A stretch of 63,658 nt of DNA, counting the filler, from Octopus bimaculoides (lineage: Eukaryota), in assembly GCF_001194135.2 (NCBI RefSeq). It is 5 parts of 4 records of this genome, joined end to end, with 100 filler letters (N's around TTAATTAATTAA, not from the genome) between each part and the next. Parts side by side here need not be neighbours in the genome. Positions count along the whole stretch, not along the records: positions 48,326 to 59,054 come from NC_069000.1; positions 59,155 to 63,658 come from NC_068985.1; 3 more parts are not named here. One strand, given 5' to 3'. This document shows positions 49,770 through 63,490 of the stretch, piece after piece (positions within the stretch are counted from its first letter, which is position 1; the number at the start of each line of letters is the position of its first letter). Both the position numbers and the translations under genes were made by a program. Below the pieces are notes generated by a model, which made no database searches, was not told the DNA's origin, and saw only the letters and a program-made list of their open reading frames with translations.

Positions 49770-51386
49770 TCCCCTCTCTCTCTCCCTCCTTCTATCTCTT
49801 CCTATTTTCTGTAGAGAAAAACAAACTGTTTTTCACTAATCTCCCGACATTTGTGACAATAAACAAACAAATAAACAAACAAACAAATAAATAAAAAATA
49901 AATAAATAAAAAGATAAAACTAAATAAAAGGAAATGGAGAAAAAAGAAAAGAAAATAGGCGAGGAGGGGAAAATCATTAACATATGTTAATTACATAACA
50001 AACAAATTCTTTGTTGCTGTTTAATCAGGAAATGAATATAAAATGTAAATAAACTGTTTAATATTGTATCTAACTTCGCCACAAGGTCACATCAGGATTT
50101 GCTTTTTGCTATTGCTATACACATACAGCTCATATAATCAAACCCAATACATGACTGGTACATTATTCTTATGAAAATAAATTCTTACCGGACAGAATTT
50201 GAACATGCAACATAAAGCGCCGTAACTAAATACAAAAAAGCAATGCATTTAATCCGCCATTTTGCCAGTTGTGTCATCCAATAATACTATATTTCTTAGC
50301 ATGCAAGTCGATGATGTATATAGTGTAAACATATAATATAAATATGTAGGGTAAACATTCAAATGTCGTCACTATCTTTCCAAATCCTGCTGTATTTTAA
50401 CATGAAATTTTTGGTCCTCCAAAGTCGCCTTGGCGTATAAGTCGACCTACGTCATTTTTTGATATTTTGGTTGTAAATTTTGGTCTGAAAAATTCGATTT
50501 GTATGTCGAAAAATTTGGTAAGTAGATTGACTGAGTCAATTATGGAGCCACAATGCTATCATTCGACCTATTAGAAATAGCAGTTAAATTTCCCATCCTA
50601 CTGTCATCAAAAAAAAAAAAAAAACGAAGGATTCATTGGATAACTTGATTTTATATACAGTGTGGCTGGAGAAAGAATGGGATGGTCACGTTTTGGAATG
50701 CTTTTGATGCCACAAATATATCCACTATACATGCATGCATACATAGGCGCAGGAGTGGCTGTGTGGTAAGAAGCTTGCTTCTCAACCACGTGGTACTGGG
50801 TTCAGTCCCACTGCGTGGCATCTTGGGCAAGTGTCTTCTACTATAGCCTCGGGTCGGCCAAAGCCTTCTGATTGGATCATATGTATGTAGGCTTACATAG
50901 AATAAGTCCTAGAGTAGATTTCTTCGGCTAAAAGACCCTTTAGGTGGTGCTACAGCATGGCGATACTCCAGCATGGTGGTGCTCCAGAATGGTGGGGGTT
51001 CCAACATGGCTGCAGTCCAATGACTGAAACGAGTAAAAGAATAAGAAAACACACGTGTGTGTATATCACACCACCCACATCGGTCAGTCTCGATCTGAGG
51101 CGCACTGTGCACTAGTCATACGCAGTGACACTCCTCTAGTTTATAAAGTTACAAACAAAGATGACTCACACTGTCTAAATTCACCGTGTGTCTAATATAT
51201 AAATAGCACAAATATAGAAGCATCGAAGCAATGGTGATGAATAAAGCAATAACACGGTCTGTTACACATACACACATATATGTCAGTCTGTTTATCTACG
51301 CAAAATGACATAAACAAATGTACACATACACACAAACACATATGCACACAAACACATATGCACACAAACAAAATTACTCATGGCAT

Positions 51387-51439
<53 letters not shown>

Positions 51440-51464
51440 NNNNNNNNNNNNNNNNNNNNNNNNN

Positions 51465-51511
<47 letters not shown>

Positions 51512-52703
51512 AATAGTAAACTTTAGTAGACTTTACTACACACACACACATATATATATATAGTAAACCTTAATAGACTTTACTATAAATATATATATAT
51601 ATAGTAAAGTCTATTTGCCAACACATTAGCCCCAGGAAAACACCGTTTCCAGCTGGCTACCGACACATATTCTGTGTCCGTATACTGAGTGAACTCGCCC
51701 CCAACCTTATAAGGACGCCGGTTGAGAACCACTGCTCTATAGAATACACTCGTTTGCGTCGTTTGTTAGGATCAGGCACGTTCGTATTATTTTCTGTTCA
51801 CTGGTCCCATGGTGATTGGTACGAATACGCAAATCCGTACAAGAAATAAGCAGCTGCACATCACAGGAATATAAATGCAAACGAGAATAGATGTTGTTCT
51901 GTACACAAGCGTAATTATTTTCACAGTTGAGCAGTGCAATTAAACTTAAGCACTATATTACTATATTATTGATGACATTTTTTGTTTTGCCTCTGTGTGT
52001 TTCTCTTTGAAGAGGTAAAAAAAAAAAGGACACCCAAGTAGCATTTCAATTCAGATTGCTTGTCTGATGACATTAACCCATTACCTCCCATAATTCAATT
52101 AACTGGAATTTTTTAATGAAATTTTGATTTCTAACATAAAGCAGCCTTAGAAACACGCTGGAATGATCAAAATAACATTTCAAAATAACATTTTAAATAG
52201 AAATAAGCGAGATATTGGGTGAAAAATTAGCAAACCTCATTTGAATATCATAGAAATATACCTAGCAGATATAGCAAAAAGGTTAGATATGTGTAAATAT
52301 TGACAGATAATTACGAAATTTGTAATTTTTAAGTGATCTCATATGAGATCACTGGTAGGTAATGGGTTAAAATCTTCGAAGAAATTTTTGTCCGACGCAC
52401 TTTCATATCGGCTAACACTTACTCAATTCAATCTTGTCGTTCTATTTCGATTTTTATTTTAATTTTGATTTTCTCGTTTTCACCAAATTCCTCATTCACG
52501 TGGTTCGGTGACTAGAGAGAGGAAACCAAATGATCGGCCAATCTTTCGTTAAGAGATATTTTAAAAAAACTATAACGTTTCTTTCTCCTTAGGAAAAAGT
52601 CAACAGCATAATTTAGCCATTAAAATTGACTAACAACTCGAGATAGACTCTAAAATCATGTATTTTAATTAGCCATGCTTCTGCGTAGGTGAAATATAAG
52701 ACT

Positions 52704-53087
52704 TTGTTGGCACTCCGTCGCTTACGACGTCGATGGTTCCAGTTGATCCGATCAACGGAACAGCCTGCTCGTGAAATTAACGTGCAAGTGGCTGAGCACT
52801 CCACAGACACGTGTACTCTTAACGTAGTTCTCGGGGGCTATTCAGCGTGACACAGTGTGACAAGGCTGACCCTTTGAATTACAGGTACAACAGAAACAGG
52901 AAGTAAGAGTGAGAGAAAGTTGTGGTGGAAGAGTACAGCAGGGTTCGCCACCATCCCCTGCCGGAGCCTCGTGGAGCTTTAGGTGTCTTCGCTCAATAAA
53001 CACTCACAACGCCCGGTCTGAGAATTGAAACCGCGATCCTATGACCGCGAGTCCGCTGCCCTAACCACTCGGCCATCGCGCCTCCAC
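52704..53087 (-). mobile_element. Full-length tRNA-derived SINE (family D) with 13-bp TSD
   Basis: TSD GAAATATAAGACT at 52691-52703 and 53088-53100; head GGCGCGATGGCCGAGTGGTTAGG...GGTTTCAATTC. Confidence 0.9.
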
Positions 53088-53469
53088 GAAATATAAGACT
53101 AACCGTAAAAAAAGGATCAGCAGTCAAATATTTTACATTTTATAGTAGTAGTAGTAGTAGTAGTAGTAGTAGCAGCAGCAGTAGTTGTTGTTGTTGTTAT
53201 TGCTTATCATCAGGTCACTTCTGCTCATGTAAACCTATAGTTAAAGGTATCCCAATCATGAGCTTCCCGCCTTTAATCTTGAACTAGCAAGACTTTACTG
53301 TAATCACTGTATGCCCTTCTTTATTAAAGAGTTTGACTTTTATAGGAATTTGGTTGCCATTTTTATTAAACTGGGTAACCGACTGCTTTGAGGTTTCTTC
53401 ATTGGCTAGCAGTGGCAACAGCAGCAGCAGCAGCAGTAGCAACAACCGCCAAATATTTTACATTTTATG

Positions 53470-53526
<57 letters not shown>

Positions 53527-54314
53527 TTGGTGGTGGTGGTGGTGGTAGTAGTAGTAGTGTTGGGGTGGTGTTGGTGGTGATGGTAGTAATAGTAGTAGTG
53601 GTGCTGGTTTTGTTGGTGATGGTTGTAGTACTAGTAGTGGTAGTGGTGGTGGTGGTGGTTGTAGTAGTAGTAGTAGTAGTAGTAGTAGTTGCGTGACCTT
53701 TAACATACGTAGCAACATAGCTTTTCTTGGTATTTTTTCGCTTCTTTCATTAGTTTTTCTTTGCATATATTGTCTTACTGGAGTTCAAACCGGATCTTCT
53801 TGATACTCCGATTGACCCAGGGATTGGTTGGTTAACGCAGCTGCGACTGTTTCAGTTGTGCAATTGCTATTTTTATTAAGTATTGCAGATATCTTCCTTG
53901 TCTAGCGCAAGAGCAAGACCTGATCAGGTATTTAAAAAACACACAAAAAAAAATAAAATAAAAAAAAAAATAACACAAGGAACATAAATCTAAAGTATTC
54001 AATTAATCATGGGAACGACAAAATATTAAAAGCATATACATTATTCTTTTACTTATTTCAATTATTGAATTGCGGCCATGCTGGAGCAGCGTCTTCAAGT
54101 ACTTTTGCCGATCAATCAAATCAAATCGACTCTAGTTCATGCTTTGTTAATTAATCAATTAATTTATTTATTTATTATTATTATTATTTATTATTTATTT
54201 TTTTGGTTAAGTTTGGTACTTAAACTGTCAGACTTTTCTTGACGAACAGCTAAGTAACGGGAACGTAAACAAACCAGACCCGGTTGTCAAGTAGTAGCAG
54301 AGGCAAATATTAAG

Positions 54315-54365
<51 letters not shown>

Positions 54366-54892
54366 NNNNNNNNNNNNNNNNNNNNNNNNNNNNNNNNNNN
54401 NNNNNNNNNNNNNNNNNNNNNNNNNNNNNNNNNNNNNNNNNNNNNNNNNNNNNNNNNNNNNNNNNNNNNNNNNNNNNNNNNNNNNNNNNNNNNNNNNNNN
54501 NNNNNNNNNNNNNNNNNNNNNNNNNNNNNNNNNNNNNNNNNNNNNNNNNNNNNNNNNNNNNNNNNNNNNNNNNNNNNNNNNNNNNNNNNNNNNNNNNNNN
54601 NNNNNNNNNNNNNNNNNNNNNNNNNNNNNNNNNNNNNNNNNNNNNNNNNNNNNNNNNNNNNNNNNNNNNNNNNNNNNNNNNNNNNNNNNNNNNNNNNNNN
54701 NNNNNNNNNNNNNNNNNNNNNNNNNNNNNNNNNNNNNNNNNNNNNNNNNNNNNNNNNNNNNNNNNNNNNNNNNNNNNNNNNNNNNNNNNNNNNNNNNNNN
54801 NNNNNNNNNNNNNNNNNNNNNNNNNNNNNNNNNNNNNNNNNNNNNNNNNNNNNNNNNNNNNNNNNNNNNNNNNNNNNNNNNNNNNNNNNNNN

Positions 54893-54919
<27 letters not shown>

Positions 54920-54926
<7 letters not shown>

Positions 54927-55226
54927 TACGTTCGTGACATATTCAAACTTTTTAAAGGCAACTTCATTGCAGCTGTTGTGGAGAGAAAATTCTCTTTTAT
55001 GGTAAATGGTATAAAAACATTATATCTGTCCAGTGCTTCCCTCGTCGGTGTTTCCCACTGAGGAAAGCTAAAGAGCCAGAAACGCACTTAAGGGAATCTG
55101 CAAGAGGGAAGCACTATGCATACTTGGTGTTTTTACATCTTTTGCCATAAGAGAGAATTCTTCTCCACGGTAATTGCAGTGAATTTGCCTTTCGAGGTTA
55201 AAATATGTTACAAACATACTGTAAAT
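54920..55226. repeat. Long imperfect inverted repeat (about 125-bp arms, 60-bp spacer)
   Basis: Left arm ends ...AGTGCTTCCCTC (55043); right arm begins GAGGGAAGCACT (55104); arms align by eye throughout. Confidence 0.8.
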
Positions 55227-55420
55227 ATGTCACAACCGCTACCACCTTCTAACGACGGGACCAGCACACCAGTTTGATTTCGGGATATTTCTGCCTCTCC
55301 TTAGTACTAGACACCTCGTCTGCTAGAGATGGCAGCAGCTCGCCTCTACACACAATATATATAAGTGCAAGCGACACACAGTCGCTGATTTTGCAACAAG
55401 ATAAAAAGTTAGTTGTAAAA

Positions 55421-55614
55421 CCTCTCTAAGAGATGATCGCAGTCGTTCCCCTGATCATAGTATAACGGATGCAGCTATGCATCGTTAATCAGCTGGAGGA
55501 GATGTCCTCTTGGGGTTACAAATTGCAGTAAATTCCGCTTGAACGGAACAGCCATGTTGAAGTGGCTACGAACATTACTTCCTAGTACAACTATTGCGAT
55601 CATCTCTTAGAGGG
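55421..55614. mobile_element. Small MITE-like element with 18-bp perfect inverted ends
   Basis: CTCTAAGAGATGATCGCA (55424-55441) / TGCGATCATCTCTTAGAG (55595-55612). Confidence 0.65.
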
Positions 55615-55789
55615 ATTATTAAACTAGCGTTTAGCTTGTTTTATATATATNNNNNNNNNNNNNNNNNNNNNNNNNNNNNNNNNNNNNNNNNNNNNNNNNN
55701 NNTATATATAGCGAGAATTCACAAAAATACAAAAGACGAAAAAAAAATGTGTGTAGTGGCTAGCGATCTATCATGGCTTAAATTTGACA

Positions 55790-56036
55790 GAGCCTGGGTT
55801 GCTAGCTTCCCACGTTGATAAACTTTGTCGTAGAGAGTCTGTTGCTTGAGCTTGGTATACCTGTGGATGTAGCCAAATCCCGAGTTTAAATTTCTTCTAG
55901 TGGTAGTCAGTTTGAATCAAATGTCTTGAGCCCACTGAAGTTAATTTGAGCAGAACCAGAGTTGCTAGCTTCCTGGGTTGGTAAACTTTGTCGTAGAGAG
56001 TCCGTTGTTTGTGCTTGATATACCTGTGGGTGTGCC
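55790..56036 (+). repeat. Direct repeat, about 80-bp unit at 163-bp spacing
   Basis: GTTGCTAGCTTCC...AAACTTTGTCGTAGAGAGTC...TATACCTGTGG at 55798 and 55961. Confidence 0.8.
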
Positions 56037-59000
56037 AGTCTATTTCTGAGTTGTTTTGTTTTCCTGACTAAGCCTTTTATCTAGTTCTGAACTCGTAGTT
56101 GTTGCTGCAGTTGCAGCTGTCACTATTTAGGATTTGAAAGGAAATATTTAAGCATGACGGCCTAGATATATTTTGTGTGCATTTCAGATAAACAGAACAG
56201 AAACATTGTAAAATTTAAACAGGATATAAATATATTAGTGTCATTGTAGTTATTGAAGACATTGTTTTGTTGGTATTGTATGGAAACAACGTTATCTATG
56301 TTCGAGCAAAGCTACAATTAAAGACGTTCAAGCCGAGATCATCCCACTTTTTATTTCACACCTAGTGTTTCTCTAATGAGTTTTAGACTTGACCAAATTC
56401 ACAGACGAAGAATTAACTGGGAGAAGTCAGAATCTTTGTCCCAGTGTCCCTTGTTGTAATCCATGAAGAAACAGCAAAGAGAAAAATAGCATTTGTGTTT
56501 TAAAAAGGATAGCGTGGCAGTTCCACTCTTTGAAACGGCAACTTGAAAAAGAAGAAACCACTACACGAAATATTTGGCAATATTCTCTCTCAGACAAGAT
56601 AGTTAACACTTACGATACTGTTTACTGTACATCCAGACCGGAAACTCAAACAAAATGCAAGCTGAAATAGGCATACGTCCGTCTGTATATTTGTACCCCA
56701 GTATACGGGAAAGAGAAATATAAGGGTGTTCATCAGGAACATTGGAAATTATATAGATTCGTGGTTTGCTAATTGTATTGCAGTAGTATTGGCCGATGGT
56801 CAGCATGGGTTGACGTGAGGCGGCGCGAAGCGACGTGTAGTCACGAGGGCCAAGACAGATTTGAAAGCCCTAATGATTCCGAAGGTCACAAGGTCAGATC
56901 AGAGTTATTCATATTTGAGGACACCAAGACAAAGAGCATGAAACTGGCAATGTAGAGCAAAAGTCCATCTTTGTTATTATCGTGTGGTAGTAAATTTCAC
57001 TCTGAGAGCCCTTTTCTCTGAACAAATGAAAGAACTAGGGAAAGTGAAGGAAAGAAAAAAACTGAGACAGCAACAAGATCGAAACGACTGTAGCAGCAAA
57101 ACCCTATCATCTTGTAATGAGAAGGAAAAAAATTCAGGAGAACCATGAAGGTAAAAGCTCCATCACTGTAAATATAGACATATTAAAAATAAATGAACAG
57201 CTCAAAAAGAAGAGTAACTCATCTTCCCCACTAAAAAAAAAAAAAAAAAATAGATACGAAAATGTTTGAGGGGTCTTGACTTTCTCAGGAAGATATTGAG
57301 TTCCTTGTGGAGCGACAGGAAAACAAAGGCATTGATCAAAAGATCTTGCAATTTTATAAGTGAACTATTTTCAGAAGATAGTTTTAGGTATTCGAACGAC
57401 AGAATGTTAATAAAGTTATCGCTGTGAGCTTACAAGTACATGAGAAAAAGTGAACACGAACACATTGAGATTATTACTAATCCGTTCTAACCTAAAAATG
57501 CACCTTTGGGTGCACCAGAACTCATTACAAGGAACGGCAGAAAGGCAGAGTAATGGAGAGTTCCAGACCAACGTAGCCAATGTGTTTCTTGCCATGTATG
57601 GGCGGGTAACCCTAAATGTTTTACTGCTTAAAATAAATTATGTGTTGTTTTACTACGTATTATTATCTATTATTATGTAATATTGTTTTATGTTATATTT
57701 ATATTTAGTTTACATTTTATTAAACTTTTATATTATCTCTTGTTTCCGTTTTCACCCACGTTTTTATATAACTTCGTCTTGTGTAACCTCCATACATGTT
57801 GCAAACCCCATTGTCTTTCTTAAACGTCTAATGTCACTAATTGTATCTTTTGAGCGGTTGTGGCTGTTAAAGAAATCATCCTCGTCTTCATCGTCATCAT
57901 CCACATCATCCTCGTCATCGTCGTCATCATCATCATCATTACCACCACCGCCGCCGCCGCCGCCGCCACCACCACCACCACTGTCATCAATGTTATCGTC
58001 GTCGTCGTCATCATCATCACTACTACCCCTGCTGCCGCCGCCTCCACCGACGCCGCCGCCGCCTCCACCGGCGGGGGAGGAGGGAGAAGGGAGGNNNNNN
58101 NNNNNNNNNNNNNNNNNNNNNNNNNNNNNNNNNNNNNNNNNNNNNNNNNNNNNNNNNNNNNNNNNNNNNNNNNNNNNNNNNNNNNNNNNNNNNNNNNNNN
58201 NNNNNNNNNNNNNNNNNNNNNNNNNNNNNNNNNNNNNNNNNNNNNNNNNNNNNNNNNNNNNNNNNNNNNNNNNNNNNNNNNNNNNNNNNNNNNNNNNNNN
58301 NNNNNNNNNNNNNNNNNNNNNNNNNNNNNNNNNNNNNNNNNNNNNNNNNNNNNNNNNNNNNNNNNNNNNNNNNNNNNNNNNNNNNNNNNNNNNNNNNNNN
58401 NNNNNNNNNNNNNNNNNNGAGAGAGGAGGAGGGAGGAGGAGGGAGGAGAGAGGAGGAGGGAGGAGAGTGTGCGTGTGTTCTTCCTAACGTGGGAGATTAC
58501 ACGTGGTTGCTCGACCTGCCAGAAATAGCAAACGAATTCCTACTGAATCAAACTCTATCCTCTTAGAAAACAAGAATACAGTAGATTTTGTGGTTCTGGG
58601 TTTCCTGCACAGGGAAAAATAGACGAGATGGCCTCGGTTGGAAAGCCTTTTATTAAGCATTATGTATTCACTCGATCTGGGTTGACGTGGGGTTAAACGA
58701 CAACATACATATATACTTATGAAAGCCGCTTATTATTATCACGGTCAATGTTATTGTAATTTAAAAGCACCATTAGATTGATAAAAGAAGCTGATTCCAG
58801 TATGTATGCGTATATATGTATGTGTGTATACACACACACACACACACACACACATGCATACACACATCAAATTAAATATACAACCGAAAGAGATACTATA
58901 TATACTTGTTTATGTGTGTGTGTGTAAGCGTGTACATATATATCTTAACAGACATGTCTATACTTCTACTCAGACATATACACACACATACACATAATCT

Positions 59001-59054
59001 TCCCACACACAATCATATATTTATACATGAATGTATATGTATACGTATATATAT

Positions 59055-59154
59055 NNNNNNNNNNNNNNNNNNNNNNNNNNNNNNNNNNNNNNNNNNNNTT
59101 AATTAATTAANNNNNNNNNNNNNNNNNNNNNNNNNNNNNNNNNNNNNNNNNNNN
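59055..59154. other. Artificial scaffold-join spacer
   Basis: N44-TTAATTAATTAA-N44. Confidence 0.9.
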
Positions 59155-59307
59155 GGCACAACAATACATTCCTCAGTTAACCGTGGTAAGTTAATCTAAT
59201 AAGAAAATATCTAAAACCAATAATTACTCCTATTTTATCCATTCATTCTTGTTTCTTTCTTCCTTCCTTTCTTACTCTCGTTCTCTGTCTTTGTATGTAT
59301 GCATGCT

Positions 59308-59361
<54 letters not shown>

Positions 59362-60067
59362 TCTCTCTCTCCCCCCTCTCCTCCCCCTTCTCTCTCTCTC
59401 TCTACATGCATATCAAAGTGTGTATGTTCTTAAAGAGCTGTCTCAGAGCGCCTTGCTGTCAAATGAATCTCTGATATGCCAGGAAACACATCATATCCAA
59501 AGATAAGTTGATCTGATGTAGATTATCGTAAATCACTTGGTTAAAGGCTAAATAAAATGAGATCGCCATCTTGAAGACAAGTAGTTCTTTATTCAGTAGA
59601 TTGGCTGTTGGTAACATTGATTTACCACTAGATGAAGTCACTTGCATCAGGTAAGAGATATGTCAAAATATTCTCTTTCCAACCCCAACCCAACACATCT
59701 GACTGACGTTTTCCCGTCATGGCTGCCGAAAGCGAGGTGCGTGAATGATGAAGACGGTGATATAGAGGAAAGATCGTGAAAAATGCAAGACAAACAGTTT
59801 AAGAACGAAAAACGAAACAGCAAAACAAAACATAACAACGAAATAGGTAAGTGAAAGTATATATAGAAATGAAAATAAAAATGTAGAATATATACATATA
59901 CATAGACACACACACGCACGCACACACACACACATGCATATATATATATATATATATATATGTATAATGTATATATGTATATGCATATATAAGTATATAC
60001 AGATGATGTATGTGTGTATATATATATATACATATATACATATAGATGTTTATATACATATATGTAC

Positions 60068-60102
<35 letters not shown>

Positions 60103-60349
60103 CATATAATGTATGGTCGATGAAAGAAGGAAGTAAAAAAATAAGAATGGAAGAGAAGAAAAAAATAAAACAAAAAAGTGATAAAAGAGAAAATAAAAGA
60201 AAGAAAAGCAAAAACTAAACAAAATTAATATAGGAAAGAAAGAAAGGTGAGGACAAGGAGAACAAAAAGTGAATCTGTAAAAGAATGCACGAAAAAGACG
60301 GACAAATATACAACAGTATTATCTACGCATCTCTACCAATTTTTTTAGG

Positions 60350-60392
<43 letters not shown>

Positions 60393-60457
60393 TTATATGT
60401 ATGTACGTATATATATATGTACATATATATGTATATATATATATATGTATACATGTG

Positions 60458-60488
<31 letters not shown>

Positions 60489-62017
60489 TTATATGTATGT
60501 ACGTATATATATATGTACATATATATGTATATATATATGCATATTATGCATGGAAGGTAGACAATAGACAAATCAACCAGACTTGGGTGAAGGAAGAGTC
60601 GGAAGAACAATACATAACTAGGGAGACGATTCTTCTAGCATCAACCATGAATGATAACGAATGTAGGAGCGACAGAAGGTGGAATCTCACAGAGCTGGAA
60701 GCTGAGAGACGAAACGAGACGAGATGAGAACCGAGATAACGGCACACCAATCGCCGATAAGAACGATTGTAAGGAACGATCGGTTGTCACAGTAATTGTT
60801 GCCAGAGACATCTCTTCTTTAAGATACCGGGAAAGAGACAAAGACTGGTGCGATTGTTGATTCGTAGATGTCACATTCACGTTTGATTGAAAAGGCTTTC
60901 GGGCGTCATCTATGGCTTTTTGACTTGTCCACATTCTCTTACTGTGATATGAGGCTGATAGCGACTCACATAGATCTTAGATACGAGATCTCTACGTGTC
61001 TATGTCGTCAAACAATTAACTGATGGTGCTTCTGATATTTCCGTTCCGGTAATGACGTCTTGCAATATTTACATTCCTAAGTTAGTTAGCCACTATTGCT
61101 AACAAAGGGGATGCAATCCTATCATGAGAAAAAGTAGCTTTGCTGTTGCTGCCTTTAAATAACACGATGCCATGTATAGAGACACTGCTGTCTACATATA
61201 AAAAAACATTTAGGAGTAACTACTATAGACATATTACGGATTAGTGTCTGTTTTCGTGTCTCACAAGTATCCAGTAAGGTATTGAATGTTCTACGTTTTC
61301 AGACCAACATATAGCACTCTCTGTAGTTGAGGGTAGTGTTTGGATTACCAGGAGGTTTGTGAAAGCGTATAAGACCACAGAACTGGCATGAGTCCGGTTG
61401 CAGCGCAATACGTCCAGCTGTTGCGGGCCCACCGTGTGGAGAAATACTGAGCATAATGGGCCAAAATCTCGACGAAGCATGGCATTCAGCTGATGATTAC
61501 AGCCGGACGAGAAATGGAGCACTCGGTGTTTTCTTCTACTATATACATACGCACATTCACACGAAACGAGCTTCTTTCAGTTTCCCTCTACCAATTTTAC
61601 TCACAAGGCTCTAGTCAAAGTACCATGGAGTGGGAATGAACCATGAATCATGTGGTTGGGAAGCAAATTTCTCACCGCACAGAGGAATAATTATAAATAT
61701 TAGTTATTTTTTTAATATATTATCGTTAAGTCATCAGAAGAGGCTGAAGAGAAGAAACTAGAAACCTCTAAGTAAAATACAGTGTTTAGTAATATTCTTA
61801 TTAATTCGAAGAGGGAAAAAATAAAAAATAAACGTGCAACTTTCCTATTGTGGATGTAAGGGCGAGCATAACCCAAGTGAGTGAACTCATACGAAGTATG
61901 AATATTAATAGGAAAATGCACATATCTTGATAGTCAGAGTAAAGTTGTGCACGTGGACTTCCTTGATTAACTTTATGTCGGTTTTCTTCTTGAGACTGCA
62001 ATACATTTATATTTATG

Positions 62018-62238
62018 TGCGAGGAAGTGCTGAAAAGTTCCTGGCTTTAAAGGTATCGTGTAAGGCCTGGCTGGAGGTCCAAACTTCCGAGTTCTTTTAT
62101 AGGGCTTACATAAATTGAAGGACCGTTGCAATAAGTGTGTGGATTTGAGAGGGGAATATCTTCAATAAAATCATAATTAACTGATCCTCCTGCGTTTTCT
62201 TTTACTCAAAGCCAGGAACTTTTCAGCAACCCCTCGTA
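62018..62238 (+). mobile_element. Mariner MITE retaining transposase 3' end
   Basis: About 31-bp TIRs TGCGAGGAAGTGCTGAAAAGTTCCTGGCTTT / AAAGCCAGGAACTTTTCAGCAACCCCTCGTA; internal KLKDRCNKCVDLRGEYLQ*. Confidence 0.85.
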
Positions 62239-62511
62239 CGGTGTATAATGATTTTTCATTTTATTTTCGTTTCATTCGTTTGCTTTTGACGTTAATCCTA
62301 AACATTTTGCAATGTGTCTCTTCATTGTCTGTGCACATGGCACTTTGAGGCACTAAAATGGAATATGATTAATTTGCCTAATATTTGTCCTCTCTCATCG
62401 AAGTCCCAGTGGATAATAAAAGAAATGAGTACCAGCTGCGCAATGGGGGTCGATGTAACCGACAAATGTCCTCTCCGAAAATTCCACACCTTGTGCTTAT
62501 AGTAGAAAAGA

Positions 62512-62589
62512 TTCTTCTTCTTCTTCTTCTTCTTCTTCTTCTTCTTCTTCTTCTTCTTCTTTTTATTCCTCCTCCTCCTCCTCCTCCTC

Positions 62590-62648
<59 letters not shown>

Positions 62649-62790
62649 CTTCTTCTTCTTCTTCTTCTTCTTCTTCTTCTTCTTCTTCTTGCCGTGATTA
62701 ATGTTATTATTATTGTTATGGTTATTATGTTATGTCAGAAATAAATATTAGTATCATTATTATTTATTATTGACCTTGCTGACATAGCGC

Positions 62791-62835
<45 letters not shown>

Positions 62836-62843
62836 CATCATCA

Positions 62844-62889
<46 letters not shown>

Positions 62890-62938
62890 CATNNNNNNNN
62901 NNTTATTATTATTATTATTATTATTATTATCATCATCA

Positions 62939-63008
<70 letters not shown>

Positions 63009-63015
63009 CATTATT
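62512..63015. repeat. Compound trinucleotide microsatellites (TTC/CCT/GTT/ATT/ATC)
   Basis: Read directly. Dozens of other (AT)n, (GT)n, (CT)n, (TAG)n and (CAT)n tracts occur across the window. Confidence 0.95.
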
Positions 63016-63451
63016 TTATTGTCTTTGCCCAGTTTCTAACGCTGGAGATGAACTACGGTGTCAGCTGTTCACTACCAGTGAACTAAGGTAACACCCTTTA
63101 TTTTTCGAGCACCATCCGGAGTANNNNNNNNNNTAACACCCTTTATTTTTCGAGCACCATCCGGAGTATTCGAGCGGTTCCAAGCAGTGCTGTTTTCTGC
63201 AAGTGCTCCACCCTTGTTGCAGACCCTATTTGTTCCATTTACTTCTCAAGATTTTTACTCACTGTTCCAAAAGGCTCCGACAATTATTGGTACTACTACC
63301 ACTTTTTTCAGCGACCGCAGCTGTTTAACCTCCCAAGCTAACCTATCATATCTATCGACTTTTCTTTCTTCCTTATCGCATACCTTGTTGTCAGCTTGGC
63401 ATGCTATATCTATGATCCAGCATCGGTTGCTTTCTTTCTCAATTAACACTA

Positions 63452-63490
<39 letters not shown>

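Noticed and set aside
57860-58094. GC-rich poly-Ala/Pro/Thr ORFs as a homopolymer-rich transcription factor exon
   Set aside because: Compound trinucleotide repeats, open in several frames, with no domain
60641-60934. 97-aa minus-strand ORF and 93-aa ORF at 61241-61522
   Set aside because: No recognisable motif or splice chain, and the lengths are plausible by chance
63089-63168. 35-bp direct repeat flanking a 10-N gap
   Set aside because: Typical unmerged contig overlap; likewise TTGAAAGATAGATAG on both sides of the 45761 gap
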